From Alphaproteobacteria bacterium (GTDB taxonomy: Bacteria > Pseudomonadota > Alphaproteobacteria > MPNO01): a stretch of 64,000 nt of DNA. The number at the start of each line of letters is the position of its first letter. Positions within the stretch are counted from its first letter, which is position 1. This document shows positions 6,864 to 16,432 of the stretch, piece after piece. The DNA is taken from positions 3,055,546 to 3,119,545 of the forward strand of contig OY763326.1 of NCBI GenBank assembly GCA_963667285.1, given 5' to 3'. A program made the translations under genes and the position numbers. Under the pieces are notes generated by a model. That model saw only the letters and a list, made by a program, of their open reading frames with translations. It had not been told where the DNA came from and did not search any database.

Positions 6864-8294
6864 ATGGGCGTGGCGAACAGGGATTTGCGCGACTGGGTGG
6901 CGGAGCTCGACGCGGCGGGCCAGCTGGAGACCGTGACCGGCGCCGACCGCGAGGAGGAGATCGGCGGCATCGTCGACATCGCGATGCGCAAGATGACCAA
7001 CCCGGCGGTGATGTTCGACGAGGTGCCGGGCTACCCCAAGGGCCACCGGGTGCTCGCCAACATCCTGACCTCGGTGCCGCGCATCAACCTCGCCCTCGGC
7101 CTGCCGATCGACACGCCCGAGGTGGCGCTGGTCAATCGCTGGCGCGACTACATGCGCGACCAGCCGGTCCACGCGCCCGTCGAGGTCAATGGCGGGCCGC
7201 TCAACGAGAACGTGTTCGAGGGCGACGCCATCGACATCACCACCATCCCCGCGCCGCGCTGGCACGAGCGCGACGGCGGCTACTATATCGGCACCGCCTG
7301 CATGGTGGTGATGAAGGACCCGGATTCGGGCTGGATCAATTACGGCGCGTATCGCGTCCAGGCGCACGATCCGAAGACCGCCTCGGTCATGGTGTCCCGG
7401 GGCAAGCACGGCAACATGATCATGAACAAGTATTTCGCGCGCGGCGAGCGCTGCCCGGTCGCCGTGGTCGCCGGCATGCACCCGGCGCTGTTCATGGTCG
7501 CCGGGCTGGAGATGCCGCACGGCGCGAACGAGTACGACTGCGCCGGCGGGCTGCTGGGCGAAAGCGTGCAGATCATCAACATGCCGAAGACCGGGCTCCC
7601 CGTCCCGGCCAATGCCGAGATCGCCTTCGAGGGGTTCGTCGGCCGCGACGACCTGGTCGACGAGGGGCCGTTCGGCGAGTGGGCGGGCTACTACGCGGGC
7701 GACATGCACCCCGAGCCCGCCATCCGCATCGAGACCTTCATGCACCGCGACGACCCGATCCTGCTCGGCGCGATCCCCGGCGTGCCGCCCAACGACGACA
7801 CGTTCTACCGCGGCACCTATCGCTGCGGCGCGGTGTGGAACCAGCTGGAGGCGGCCGGCGTCCCCGAGGTCAAGGGGGTGTGGGCGCACGAGGCGGGGGG
7901 CAGCCGGATGTGGCTCACCGTCTCGATCCGGCAGATGTATGGCGGGCATTCCAAGCAGGCCGGCATGATCGCCTCGCAATGCCATGCCGGGGCCTACGCC
8001 AATCGCTGGGTGGTGGTGGTCGACGACGACATCGACCCGGCCAACATGAACGACGTGGTCTGGGCGATGTGCACCCGCTGCGACCCGCGCGAGGGGATCG
8101 AGGTGATCCGCGGCGGCTGGAGCACCCATCTCGACCCGATGTGCTACAGCCACGACGACCGGCGCAACGCCCGCGTGGTGGTCGATGCCTGCCGGCCCTT
8201 CGCCCGCGGCGCGGATTTCCCCGCCGTGGTGCGCAACAGCGCCGAGCTCGAAGCCCGGGTGACGCAGAAGTTCGGCGACCTGTTCGGCGGGTAA
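6864..8294 (+). CDS. UbiD-family (prFMN-dependent) decarboxylase
   Basis: UbiD-like sequence runs the full length. The ATG (MGVANRDLRDW...) is preferred over the TTG at 6768, which lies inside the -10 box. Confidence 0.8.
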   Translation: MGVANRDLRDWVAELDAAGQLETVTGADREEEIGGIVDIAMRKMTNPAVMFDEVPGYPKGHRVLANILTSVPRINLALGLPIDTPEVALVNRWRDYMRDQPVHAPVEVNGGPLNENVFEGDAIDITTIPAPRWHERDGGYYIGTACMVVMKDPDSGWINYGAYRVQAHDPKTASVMVSRGKHGNMIMNKYFARGERCPVAVVAGMHPALFMVAGLEMPHGANEYDCAGGLLGESVQIINMPKTGLPVPANAEIAFEGFVGRDDLVDEGPFGEWAGYYAGDMHPEPAIRIETFMHRDDPILLGAIPGVPPNDDTFYRGTYRCGAVWNQLEAAGVPEVKGVWAHEAGGSRMWLTVSIRQMYGGHSKQAGMIASQCHAGAYANRWVVVVDDDIDPANMNDVVWAMCTRCDPREGIEVIRGGWSTHLDPMCYSHDDRRNARVVVDACRPFARGADFPAVVRNSAELEARVTQKFGDLFGG

Positions 8295-8502
8295 GGAGGC
8301 CCTTCGACAAGGGCCCATACCGAGTACCTGACGAGCGGCAGGCCGACAGCCGGTCCGTGAAGCGCCGGGGCGGCTCCCGCGCCCGCCGTCCCGCCGGGGT
8401 GGGCGCGCCTCTCTCCCACCGCCCGCCCGTCAACGCATCCTTGCAAGCCCCTTCGATACGCCTCCCGTCGACAGGCGCGCGGCGCATTTCGCATGGGAGG
8501 TT

Positions 8503-8590
8503 TTGACCAGATATATCCATAGTGAGATATCCGTCTTGACAGGTATGCCATTCGGGCATGAAGATTTGCTCGTAGATCATCGAAGGGCCG
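8503..8590 (+). promoter_or_regulatory. AT-rich putative promoter/operator region upstream of the autotransporter
   Basis: It contains TTGACC (8503) and TTGACA (8535) boxes, a direct repeat GATAT(A)TCC at 8511 and 8526, and a palindrome ATGCCattcGGGCAT. Confidence 0.3.
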
Positions 8591-8635
8591 GCCCCGCTCA
8601 CCGGTCAGGCCCGATCCGAAGGCGGGAGGCCTGGC

Positions 8636-11600
8636 ATGACTGGAAGCGGATCGCTTGCTGCGCAAAGGCGGGGACGCGATGTCTTACAGGGGGCCGGGAA
8701 GCGCCGGTTCGGCGTGGCGGCCGGTCTCGGCGCCTTGCTGGCGGCCGGGTTTGTGCTCGCGGGCGCGGCCCCCCTCTCCCCGGCCTCGGCCGCGGTGACC
8801 TGCGACGACGCGTGGACGCAGGGGACGCTCGACGCAAGCGGCGGATGGACGGCCGGCGCGGGCAGCGACTACCGGGTGCGCTGCACCGCCGACACCGACG
8901 GCGATACGGTGACCGCCGGCGATTCTCCGGATATCCCGGCCAACGCCGACAAGCTGGTCATCGACGTTTCCGGTCCCAACACCGACCGGGTCGCGCTATT
9001 GGTGCCGGACGCCGAGAGCGGCCGGCTGGTGCTGACCGGCAATCTCGCATCCGATGCGGGGAACAACGTCTTCATCCGCATCGACGGCTTCGCGGCCGGG
9101 TACGAAGACGCCCATGCGGTGGTCGAGTCCTTCGCGACCATCGATGCCACCGGACGGTACCGCGACGGCATCGAAGTCAACAACCGGGATGCGAGCCACA
9201 CGGGCACGATAGAGGCGATCAACCGGGGGGCGATCACCACGACCGGCGACATGTTCGCATTCGGGCTGGACGTCCGCTCGGTCTCCTCCTCGGCCCGCGC
9301 CGTCAACACCGGCACGATCACCACCAGCGGCGGCGGCGGGCGCGGCGCCGCCGCCTACATCAACAGCGGGAGCGCCGGAACGGCGACCGCGATCAACCGG
9401 GGAACGGTCCGCACCTCGGGCGGCGGCGCGGTGACCGACGATAACAGATTCTTCATAATGTCGGACGGCGTCCGCGCGATCCACGACGGCAACGGCGACG
9501 CCGAAGCCAGCAACGCGGCCGGCGGCACCGTCACGGTCGCCGGCATCGGCGGCCGCGGCGTCAGCGCCCATGCGGATGGCGATGGCAGCGCGGTGGCGGA
9601 GAACGCCGGTACGGTCGAGACCCGGGGCGACGCATACGTATATCCCTCGAACGCCTCGTGGATCGGCCCCTACGCGGTGCTCGCCCTGTCCCAGCGGGGA
9701 ACCGCGACGGCGCGCAATTCGGCGAGCGGCAGCGTCGAGACGCATGGCGTGCCCGGCCACGGCGTCGTCGCCTTCTCACGAGGCCGTGCCGCAGCCACGG
9801 TGGAGAACGCGGGCACGGTCGTCACCCATGCGACCGCTTCGATCGACACCCTGCCGGATACGGGCGGGCTCGAGATCGGCGCGCGCGGGCTCTATGCGAG
9901 CTCGTGCTGCGGCGACGCCAGCGTCGTCAACCAGCGCTCCGGCTCCGTCGAAACGAAGGGCGCGCGCGCCTTCGGCGCGTATGCCTCGATCAGCAACGAC
10001 GGCAGCCTCGGGTCGGCCACCGCCACGGTTCGCAACCGGGGCCGCATCGCGACCCGGGGCCACAATGCCGAGGGCGTCATCGCCTTCGCCGTCACCGGCG
10101 GAACGGCGGCAAGTCCCAATACCGTGCGCGCCAATAACGAGGCCGGCGGCTCGATTTCGACGGACGGCGATGCGGCGGGCGGATTGGCCGCGGCCATCCT
10201 GGTGAACGGCGGCGGCCAGACCTACGGCAGCGTCTTCGCCCGGAACGACGGCACGATCACGACCGCGGGCGGGCGCGGCGGCGCCGGCGACACCGACATC
10301 GCCTACGGCATGATCGCGAGTTACTTCAACACCGACGGTTCGCTCATCACCGGCGCCGGCAGCGTGGAGGCGCGCAATAGCGGCTCCATCACGGTCTCGG
10401 GCGAAGCGGCGCGGGGCATCGCGGCCCGCACCTTCGGCAGCGGCTCGGCCACGGTCGTGGTCGACGGCGGGCGGGTGTTCGCCCCGCACGATTCCGCCAC
10501 CGATGCCGACGACGGGATCGGCATCCACGCATCGAGCGGCGCGGGCGGCAGTATCGCGGTGACCCTCGACAACCGCGCGCTGGTCCAGGCGCCGCAGGCG
10601 ATGCTTCTGCGCAACGCGCCGGCGACCGTCAGGGTGAGGAACTCCGTGGTGCGGGGCCGCATGTCGTTCGGCGGCTCGGCCGACAGCCTCACGATCGACA
10701 ACAGCGTGGCGGTGGGCGACATCGCCACGGGCGACGGGAATGACGTCGTCCGGGCGTATGGAACCGTGACGATCGCCGGCGATATCGATTTCGGCGCCGG
10801 GGAGGACGAGCTGATCCTCGACGTCAGCGGAGCGTCCCGGCTGACCGGCGACATCACCAACCTGGAGACGCTGAACAAGCTGTGTCCCGGCGACTTCGTG
10901 ATCAACGGGGACATCACCTTCGCCGGCAGCTCGGTCGTCGTCTCCGAAGGCGGGCTGGTGCTCACCGGACACATGGATGTCGGCGCGGACGGCACGGTGG
11001 AGGTGCACGACGGCACCCGGCTGACCGCGCTGCTCACCGCGGACGGCACGCCCAGGATCACCGCGGGCGGCGGGACGACGGTCCAGGACGGCGGCGCGGT
11101 CGTCGTCGAGGCGGCGGCGGACGCCCGGCCGGTCGAGGCCGCGCAGGCGGTGGCGACCTTCCTGGAGGATGCGAACGTGCAGGGTGCGGAGGCGCTGCCG
11201 GTGCAGACCCGGGACGGCGCGGGTTCGCTGACCCGGCTCGCGTCGTTCGACCCGGCGACCGGGGCGGCGACGGTGATGCCAGGCGCGGCCGTCGGCGCCA
11301 GACCGGCGGAACGGTTCCGCGAGCAACCGGATGTCTCGACCACGCCGACCCCCGATCCCGAGCCGACACCCCCCGAGCCGACCTCGCCCGACGCCGGCAG
11401 CGGCGACGGCGGCGGCGGAGACGACAACACCGCCCTTCTCATCGGCGGCGGCGCGATTCTGGCGGCGTTGTTCGCCGTGCTGGACTGGGACACCGACGCG
11501 CCGGCCTCCTCGGCCTCGCTGAACCCCGCGCTCGTCCAGCCCCTCGATCGCTCGTCGCGCTACTGGGTGCGCAGCCTCTCCCGGGCCATGCCGGATAGCG

Positions 11601-12367
11601 GCGCGGGCGCGGCTTCGGGCACCGAGATCGGCATGGATTTCGCGCTCGGCAGCGGTTTCGTCCTCGGATTCGCCGCCGCGCCCGACGCCGCGGTGGAGCG
11701 GGCGCGCGCGGGCGCGCGGGCGACGGCGCTGTCGGGCGGCCGCTACGCCCTCAAGGCGGGCTGGCAGGGCGAGACCCTGTTCGGCGGGCTCGGCCTCTCG
11801 CAGTCAAGCTGGCGGGTCGCGAGCGCCTATCGGAACCCGGTACTCGGTGGCGGTCTGCGGAGCCGCTACGAGGCGAGCCAGAGCGACATGCGGCTGGGGC
11901 TCGGCGCGCGCCTCGACCTCGGGGCGGGGCTCGCCCTCACCCCGCGGGCGGGAGCGTTCGCCGGCGCGTTGACGCATGAGAGCCATTCGGCGGAAGGCCC
12001 GGTATTCCGCGCCGCGATGCCGGAGGTCGTCCAGCGCTATGGCGGCTGGAGAATGGGGCTCGACCTTTCGTCCGACTGGCGGGAAGGGCCGGGGGAGCTG
12101 AGCTTGCGCCCCTCCCTGAAGCTCGGCGCGGCGCGCGTATGGACGGATTCGCCCGCGTTCGCGCTCCGGCAGTCGGACCGGCTGGGGATCGTTTCCACCA
12201 CCAGCCGGGCCCGCCTGCCGGGCGCGCCCGGGACGGTGCTCGGTCTGGGTGCGGGCCTCGATGCCGTCGGCGCCCATGGGCTGCGGCTGGGCGTCAGGTA
12301 TGGCGGGCTGGTGATGGACGGAAAGCTCTTCCACGCCGCCTTCGCCAGGGCGAAAATCGCTTTCTGA
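8636..12367 (+). CDS. Autotransporter (type Va) outer-membrane protein, adhesin-like passenger
   Basis: An SD GGGAGG precedes the ATG. A ~52-aa extended signal peptide ends ...SPASA. The passenger is Gly/Thr/Asn-rich and repetitive. A Pro/Thr linker reads TPTPDPEPTPPEPTSP. The C-terminal beta-barrel ends ...FARAKIAF. Confidence 0.85.
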   Translation: MTGSGSLAAQRRGRDVLQGAGKRRFGVAAGLGALLAAGFVLAGAAPLSPASAAVTCDDAWTQGTLDASGGWTAGAGSDYRVRCTADTDGDTVTAGDSPDIPANADKLVIDVSGPNTDRVALLVPDAESGRLVLTGNLASDAGNNVFIRIDGFAAGYEDAHAVVESFATIDATGRYRDGIEVNNRDASHTGTIEAINRGAITTTGDMFAFGLDVRSVSSSARAVNTGTITTSGGGGRGAAAYINSGSAGTATAINRGTVRTSGGGAVTDDNRFFIMSDGVRAIHDGNGDAEASNAAGGTVTVAGIGGRGVSAHADGDGSAVAENAGTVETRGDAYVYPSNASWIGPYAVLALSQRGTATARNSASGSVETHGVPGHGVVAFSRGRAAATVENAGTVVTHATASIDTLPDTGGLEIGARGLYASSCCGDASVVNQRSGSVETKGARAFGAYASISNDGSLGSATATVRNRGRIATRGHNAEGVIAFAVTGGTAASPNTVRANNEAGGSISTDGDAAGGLAAAILVNGGGQTYGSVFARNDGTITTAGGRGGAGDTDIAYGMIASYFNTDGSLITGAGSVEARNSGSITVSGEAARGIAARTFGSGSATVVVDGGRVFAPHDSATDADDGIGIHASSGAGGSIAVTLDNRALVQAPQAMLLRNAPATVRVRNSVVRGRMSFGGSADSLTIDNSVAVGDIATGDGNDVVRAYGTVTIAGDIDFGAGEDELILDVSGASRLTGDITNLETLNKLCPGDFVINGDITFAGSSVVVSEGGLVLTGHMDVGADGTVEVHDGTRLTALLTADGTPRITAGGGTTVQDGGAVVVEAAADARPVEAAQAVATFLEDANVQGAEALPVQTRDGAGSLTRLASFDPATGAATVMPGAAVGARPAERFREQPDVSTTPTPDPEPTPPEPTSPDAGSGDGGGGDDNTALLIGGGAILAALFAVLDWDTDAPASSASLNPALVQPLDRSSRYWVRSLSRAMPDSGAGAASGTEIGMDFALGSGFVLGFAAAPDAAVERARAGARATALSGGRYALKAGWQGETLFGGLGLSQSSWRVASAYRNPVLGGGLRSRYEASQSDMRLGLGARLDLGAGLALTPRAGAFAGALTHESHSAEGPVFRAAMPEVVQRYGGWRMGLDLSSDWREGPGELSLRPSLKLGAARVWTDSPAFALRQSDRLGIVSTTSRARLPGAPGTVLGLGAGLDAVGAHGLRLGVRYGGLVMDGKLFHAAFARAKIAF

Positions 12368-12393
12368 GGCTCGCACGGTAACGTCGGCACGCC

Positions 12394-12415
12394 GGTCCCG
12401 GCCATTGCCGGGACC
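12394..12415. terminator. GC-rich hairpin GGTCCCGGCcattgCCGGGACC between convergent genes
   Basis: A perfect 9-bp stem read from the sequence; there is no T tract. Confidence 0.35.
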
Positions 12416-12486
12416 GCCTTCGAGGGCTTCGCCGGCCGCGGCGCTCCGCGTGGTGGTCGCTCGAAAGGGATGCCCGGAGCGGGGCC

Positions 12487-13470
12487 TCACCCCAGCCGCC
12501 CCTCTTCGACCGCGTGGCAGGCGACCTCGGCGCCGCCCGCGGGCTTGAGCTCCGGGCGTTCCAGGCGGCAGCGGTCCTCGGCGAACGGGCAGCGCGGGTG
12601 GAAGGCGCAGCCCGGGGGCGGGTCGATCGGGCTCGGCACCTCGCCGGCGACGGGCTCGCGCTCGCGCCCGCTCATCGCGAGGTCCGGGATGGTGTCGAGC
12701 AGCAGCCGCGTATAGGGGTGGCGCGGGCGGCCGAACAGGGTCCCGGTGTCGGCGAGCTCGCAGATCCGCCCGAGATACATCACCGCGACCCGGGACGAGA
12801 CGTGGTAGACCACCGCGAGGTCGTGCGAGATCAGCAGATAGGTGAGCCCGAGCGCGCGCTGCAGCGCCTTCATCAAATTGAGGATCTGCGCCTGCACCGA
12901 GACGTCGAGCGCCGAGGTGGGCTCGTCGCAGACGATGAATTCCGGCTCGCCCGCCAGCGCCCGGGCGATCGAGATGCGCTGGCGCTGCCCGCCGGAGAAC
13001 TCGTGCGGGTATTTCTCGCCGTCGACCGGGGAGAGGCCGACGCGGGTCAGCAGCCCGCCCACCCGCTCCGCCACCGCGGCGCGGTCCGCCAGCAGCCGGT
13101 TGTGGCGGATCGGCTCGGCCACGATGTCGCGCACCCGCCAGCGCGGGTTGAGCGAGGCGTAGGGGTCCTGGAAGATCATCTGCATGCGCCGCCGCGCCGG
13201 CGATGCCGGGCCGAGCGCGGCGCCGGCGTAGCGGATCGAGCCCGCGCCCGGCGCGTGCAGCCCGACGATGAGCCGCGCCACGGTCGACTTGCCGCAGCCC
13301 GACTCGCCCACCAGGGCGAAGGTCTCGCCGCGCCGGATCGCGAAATCGAGCCCGTCCACCGCCTTCACGATGCGCCGCCCCGAGCCCTCGACCGCGCGGT
13401 TGAGCCAGGGCGGGGAGACGTCGAAATGGCGTTTCAGCCCGGCGATTTCGATCAGCGGCGGCTCAGCCAT
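12487..13470 (-). CDS. Peptide ABC transporter ATP-binding protein (DppF/OppF-like)
   Basis: Walker A GESGCGKST, signature LSGGQ and an oligopeptide C-terminal extension are present. Confidence 0.9.
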   Translation of the reverse strand: MAEPPLIEIAGLKRHFDVSPPWLNRAVEGSGRRIVKAVDGLDFAIRRGETFALVGESGCGKSTVARLIVGLHAPGAGSIRYAGAALGPASPARRRMQMIFQDPYASLNPRWRVRDIVAEPIRHNRLLADRAAVAERVGGLLTRVGLSPVDGEKYPHEFSGGQRQRISIARALAGEPEFIVCDEPTSALDVSVQAQILNLMKALQRALGLTYLLISHDLAVVYHVSSRVAVMYLGRICELADTGTLFGRPRHPYTRLLLDTIPDLAMSGREREPVAGEVPSPIDPPPGCAFHPRCPFAEDRCRLERPELKPAGGAEVACHAVEEGRLG

Positions 13471-14452
13471 GCGCGGCCTCCCCCGGCTCCGGGCGGTAGA
13501 GCCGGCAGGCGACCTCCGATCCGCCGATCGGGGCGAGCCCGGGCCGGTCGCGGTCGCACCCCGCCACCGCCTTGGGGCAGCGCGGGTGGAAGGCGCAGCC
13601 GGCGGGGATCTCGTGCAGCCGCGGCATCGCGCCGTCGATCTGGGCCAGGCTGTCGACGTCGCGCCCGACCGCCGGGATCGCCGCCATCAGCCCCTCGGTA
13701 TAGGGGTGGAGCGGGGAGTCGAGCACCCGGCGCACCGGCCCGATCTCGGCGATCCGCCCGGCATACATCACCGCGACCCGGTCGGCGGTCTCGGCGATCA
13801 CCCCCATGTCGTGGGTGATCAGGAGCACCGATGCGGCGCGCTCGGCTCCGAGCCGCCGGAGCAGGCCGATGATCTGCGCCTGGATCGACACGTCGAGCGC
13901 CGTGGTCGGCTCGTCGGCGACGATCACCTCGGGCTCGGCCGAGAGCGCGAGCGCGATCACCACGCGCTGGCGCATGCCGCCGGAGAACTGGTGCGGGTAG
14001 TGGTCGATGCGCTCCGCCGGCGCCGGGATGCCGACCTCGCCCAGGAGCTCCAGCGCGCGGCGCCGGGCCGCGCGGGCGCCGATGTCGAGATGGGTGACGA
14101 TGGTCTCGACGAGCTGCTCGCCCACCGTGTAGAGCGGGTTCAGGCTGGTCAGCGGGTCCTGGAAGATCGCCCCGATGCGCCGCCCCCGGATGCGGCGCAT
14201 CTCGTCCGGGGGCAGGCCGTCGATGCGCTTCCCGGCGAGGCGGACCGAGCCCGCGGCGATGCGCCCCGGCGGCTCCAGCAGGCCGATGATCGCGTTGCCG
14301 GTGAGCGACTTGCCGGCGCCCGATTCGCCCACCATGCCGAGCACCTCGCCGCGCGCGATGGAGAACGACACCCCGTCGACGGCGACCAGCGTGCCCCGGC
14401 GGGTCGGGAACTCGACCCGGAGCCCGTCGACCTCGAGCAGCGCCGCGCTCAT
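13463..14452 (-). CDS. Peptide ABC transporter ATP-binding protein (DppD/OppD-like)
   Basis: The protein begins MSAALLEVDGLRVEF. Walker A is GESGAGKS. Its ATG overlaps the upstream stop (ATGA). Confidence 0.9.
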   Translation of the reverse strand: MSAALLEVDGLRVEFPTRRGTLVAVDGVSFSIARGEVLGMVGESGAGKSLTGNAIIGLLEPPGRIAAGSVRLAGKRIDGLPPDEMRRIRGRRIGAIFQDPLTSLNPLYTVGEQLVETIVTHLDIGARAARRRALELLGEVGIPAPAERIDHYPHQFSGGMRQRVVIALALSAEPEVIVADEPTTALDVSIQAQIIGLLRRLGAERAASVLLITHDMGVIAETADRVAVMYAGRIAEIGPVRRVLDSPLHPYTEGLMAAIPAVGRDVDSLAQIDGAMPRLHEIPAGCAFHPRCPKAVAGCDRDRPGLAPIGGSEVACRLYRPEPGEAAHG

Positions 14453-15396
14453 CGCGCCACCCCGCCGCGGAGCTTCGGGTTGAACGCGTCGCGCAGCCAG
14501 TCGCCGAGCAGGTTGACGGCGAGGATCAGCGCCGCCAGCAGCACGCCCGGGAAGACCACGATCCACCACTCGCCGGAGAACAGGAAGTCCTGGCCGATAT
14601 CGATCAGCGTGCCGAGCGAGGGCTCGGTCGGCGGCACGCCGACGCCGAGGAAGGAGAGCGTAGCCTCGGTCAGTATGGCGACCGCGAGGCCGATGGTCGC
14701 GATCACCAGCACCGGCCCCATCGCGTTGGGCAGGATGTGGCGCAGCATGATGGCGCCCGACCCGACCCCGATCACCCGCGCCGCCTGGACGTATTCCTTG
14801 TTCTTCTCGACCAGGGTGGAGCCGCGCACGGTGCGCGCGAACTGGACCCAGCCCGAGGCGCCGATGGCGAAGACGAGGACGTAGAGCGCGAGCTCGTCGT
14901 GCCGGTCGCGGGGCAGGATGCCGCGCAGCACGCCGTCGATCAGCAGCGCGACCAGGATCGCCGGGAAGCTGATTTGCACGTCGGCGACGCGCATGATCGC
15001 GGCATCCACCGCGCCGCCGGCATACCCCGCGACCAGCCCCAGGGTGACGCCGATCGAGGCGGCCAGCAGCACCGAGGCGAAGCCGACCAGCAGCGATATG
15101 CGGGCGCCGTAGAGCATCGCCGAGTAGAGGTCGCGCCCCTGGTCGTCGGTGCCGAGCACGAAGCGCCAGTCGCCGCCCTCCGCCCATACCGGCGGGGTGA
15201 AGGCGTCCAGCAGGTCGAGCTCGGCCGGGTCGAACGGGTTCTGCGGCGTGATCCAGGGCGCGAACAGCGCGGCCAGCAGGATCGCCGCGGTGACCGCCGC
15301 CGCGCCGACGGCGATCTTCGAGGCGGTGAAGTCGTGCCACAGATCGTGGTCGCGAACCCGCGCCGCCGCCTGCCGGAGCCGTGCGGTCGCGGTCAT
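14449..15396 (-). CDS. Peptide ABC transporter permease (DppC/OppC-like)
   Basis: Start MTATARL...; a BPD-transporter permease with multiple transmembrane segments. Confidence 0.85.
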   Translation of the reverse strand: MTATARLRQAAARVRDHDLWHDFTASKIAVGAAAVTAAILLAALFAPWITPQNPFDPAELDLLDAFTPPVWAEGGDWRFVLGTDDQGRDLYSAMLYGARISLLVGFASVLLAASIGVTLGLVAGYAGGAVDAAIMRVADVQISFPAILVALLIDGVLRGILPRDRHDELALYVLVFAIGASGWVQFARTVRGSTLVEKNKEYVQAARVIGVGSGAIMLRHILPNAMGPVLVIATIGLAVAILTEATLSFLGVGVPPTEPSLGTLIDIGQDFLFSGEWWIVVFPGVLLAALILAVNLLGDWLRDAFNPKLRGGVAR

Positions 15397-16385
15397 CGGC
15401 CCTGGCCCGCCCCGGTCCCGCGGTCGATGCGGAGCCGGGGGTCGACGACGTGGTAGAGGATGTCCACGGCCAGGTTGATCGCCACGAAGAACAGCGCGAT
15501 CAGCACCAGGTAGCTCGCCATGACGGGTATGTCGGCGAACTGGATCGCCTGCAGGAACAGGAGCCCCATGCCGGGCCACTGGAACACGGTCTCGGTGATG
15601 ATGGCGAAGGCGATGATCGAGCCCAGCTGGAGCCCGGTGACGGTGATCACCGGCACCAGGGTGTTTTTGAGCGCGTGGCCGAAATTGACCGCCCGGTCGG
15701 AGAGGCCGCGGGCGCGGGCGAACTTGATGTAGTCGGTGCGCAGCACCTCCAGCATCTCCGAGCGCACCAGCCGCATGATCAGGGTGAGCTGGAACATGCC
15801 GAGCGTGAAGGCCGGCATCAGGATCGACTTCCAGCCGCTCGCGGTCAGCAGCCCCGTGGTCCACCAGCCGAGATCGACCACCTCGCCCCGCCCGAAGGTG
15901 GGCAACAGGCCGAGCCAGACGCCGAAGACCAGGATCAGCAGGATGCCGATGAAGAAGGTGGGGAGCGAAATGCCGATCAGGGAGACGGCGAGAAACGCCT
16001 TCGACAGCAGCCGGGCCGGGTGGAGCGCGGTGTACACCCCCATCGGGATGCCGACCAGCAGCGCGTAGAGCGCGGCGACCAGGCTGAGCTCCAGCGTCGC
16101 CGGCAGGCGTTCGGCGATCAGCTCGGCGACCGGGCGGTCGATGGCGTACGAGATGCCGAACCGCGCCTGCGAGATGTCGCCGACATAGCGGGCGAACTGG
16201 ACGACCACCGAGTCGTTGAGCCCGAGCTCGTCGCGCAGCGCCGCGCGCTCCTCCAGCGAGGTCTCCTGCCCGACCATCTGGGCCACCGGGTCGCCGACAT
16301 AGCGGAACAGGGTGAAGCCGATCAGCGCCACCGCCAGCATGACGACGACCGATTGCAGGAGGCGGCGCAGGACGAGCGCGATCAC
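15393..16385 (-). CDS. Peptide ABC transporter permease (DppB/OppB-like)
   Basis: A GTG start (VIALVLRRLLQS...) gives the typical DppB N-terminus. The 3' end overlaps the next gene by 4 nt. Confidence 0.8.
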   Translation of the reverse strand: MIALVLRRLLQSVVVMLAVALIGFTLFRYVGDPVAQMVGQETSLEERAALRDELGLNDSVVVQFARYVGDISQARFGISYAIDRPVAELIAERLPATLELSLVAALYALLVGIPMGVYTALHPARLLSKAFLAVSLIGISLPTFFIGILLILVFGVWLGLLPTFGRGEVVDLGWWTTGLLTASGWKSILMPAFTLGMFQLTLIMRLVRSEMLEVLRTDYIKFARARGLSDRAVNFGHALKNTLVPVITVTGLQLGSIIAFAIITETVFQWPGMGLLFLQAIQFADIPVMASYLVLIALFFVAINLAVDILYHVVDPRLRIDRGTGAGQGR

Positions 16386-16432
16386 CGGGGGGCGCTCACC
16401 GCATGGCGGCCGGGCAGGCCGGCCCGCCCGCC

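Noticed and set aside
6582-8318. 578-aa minus-strand ORF antisense to the UbiD gene
   Set aside because: It is a compositionally biased (RAG-rich) antisense shadow ORF. The plus-strand UbiD homology is unambiguous.
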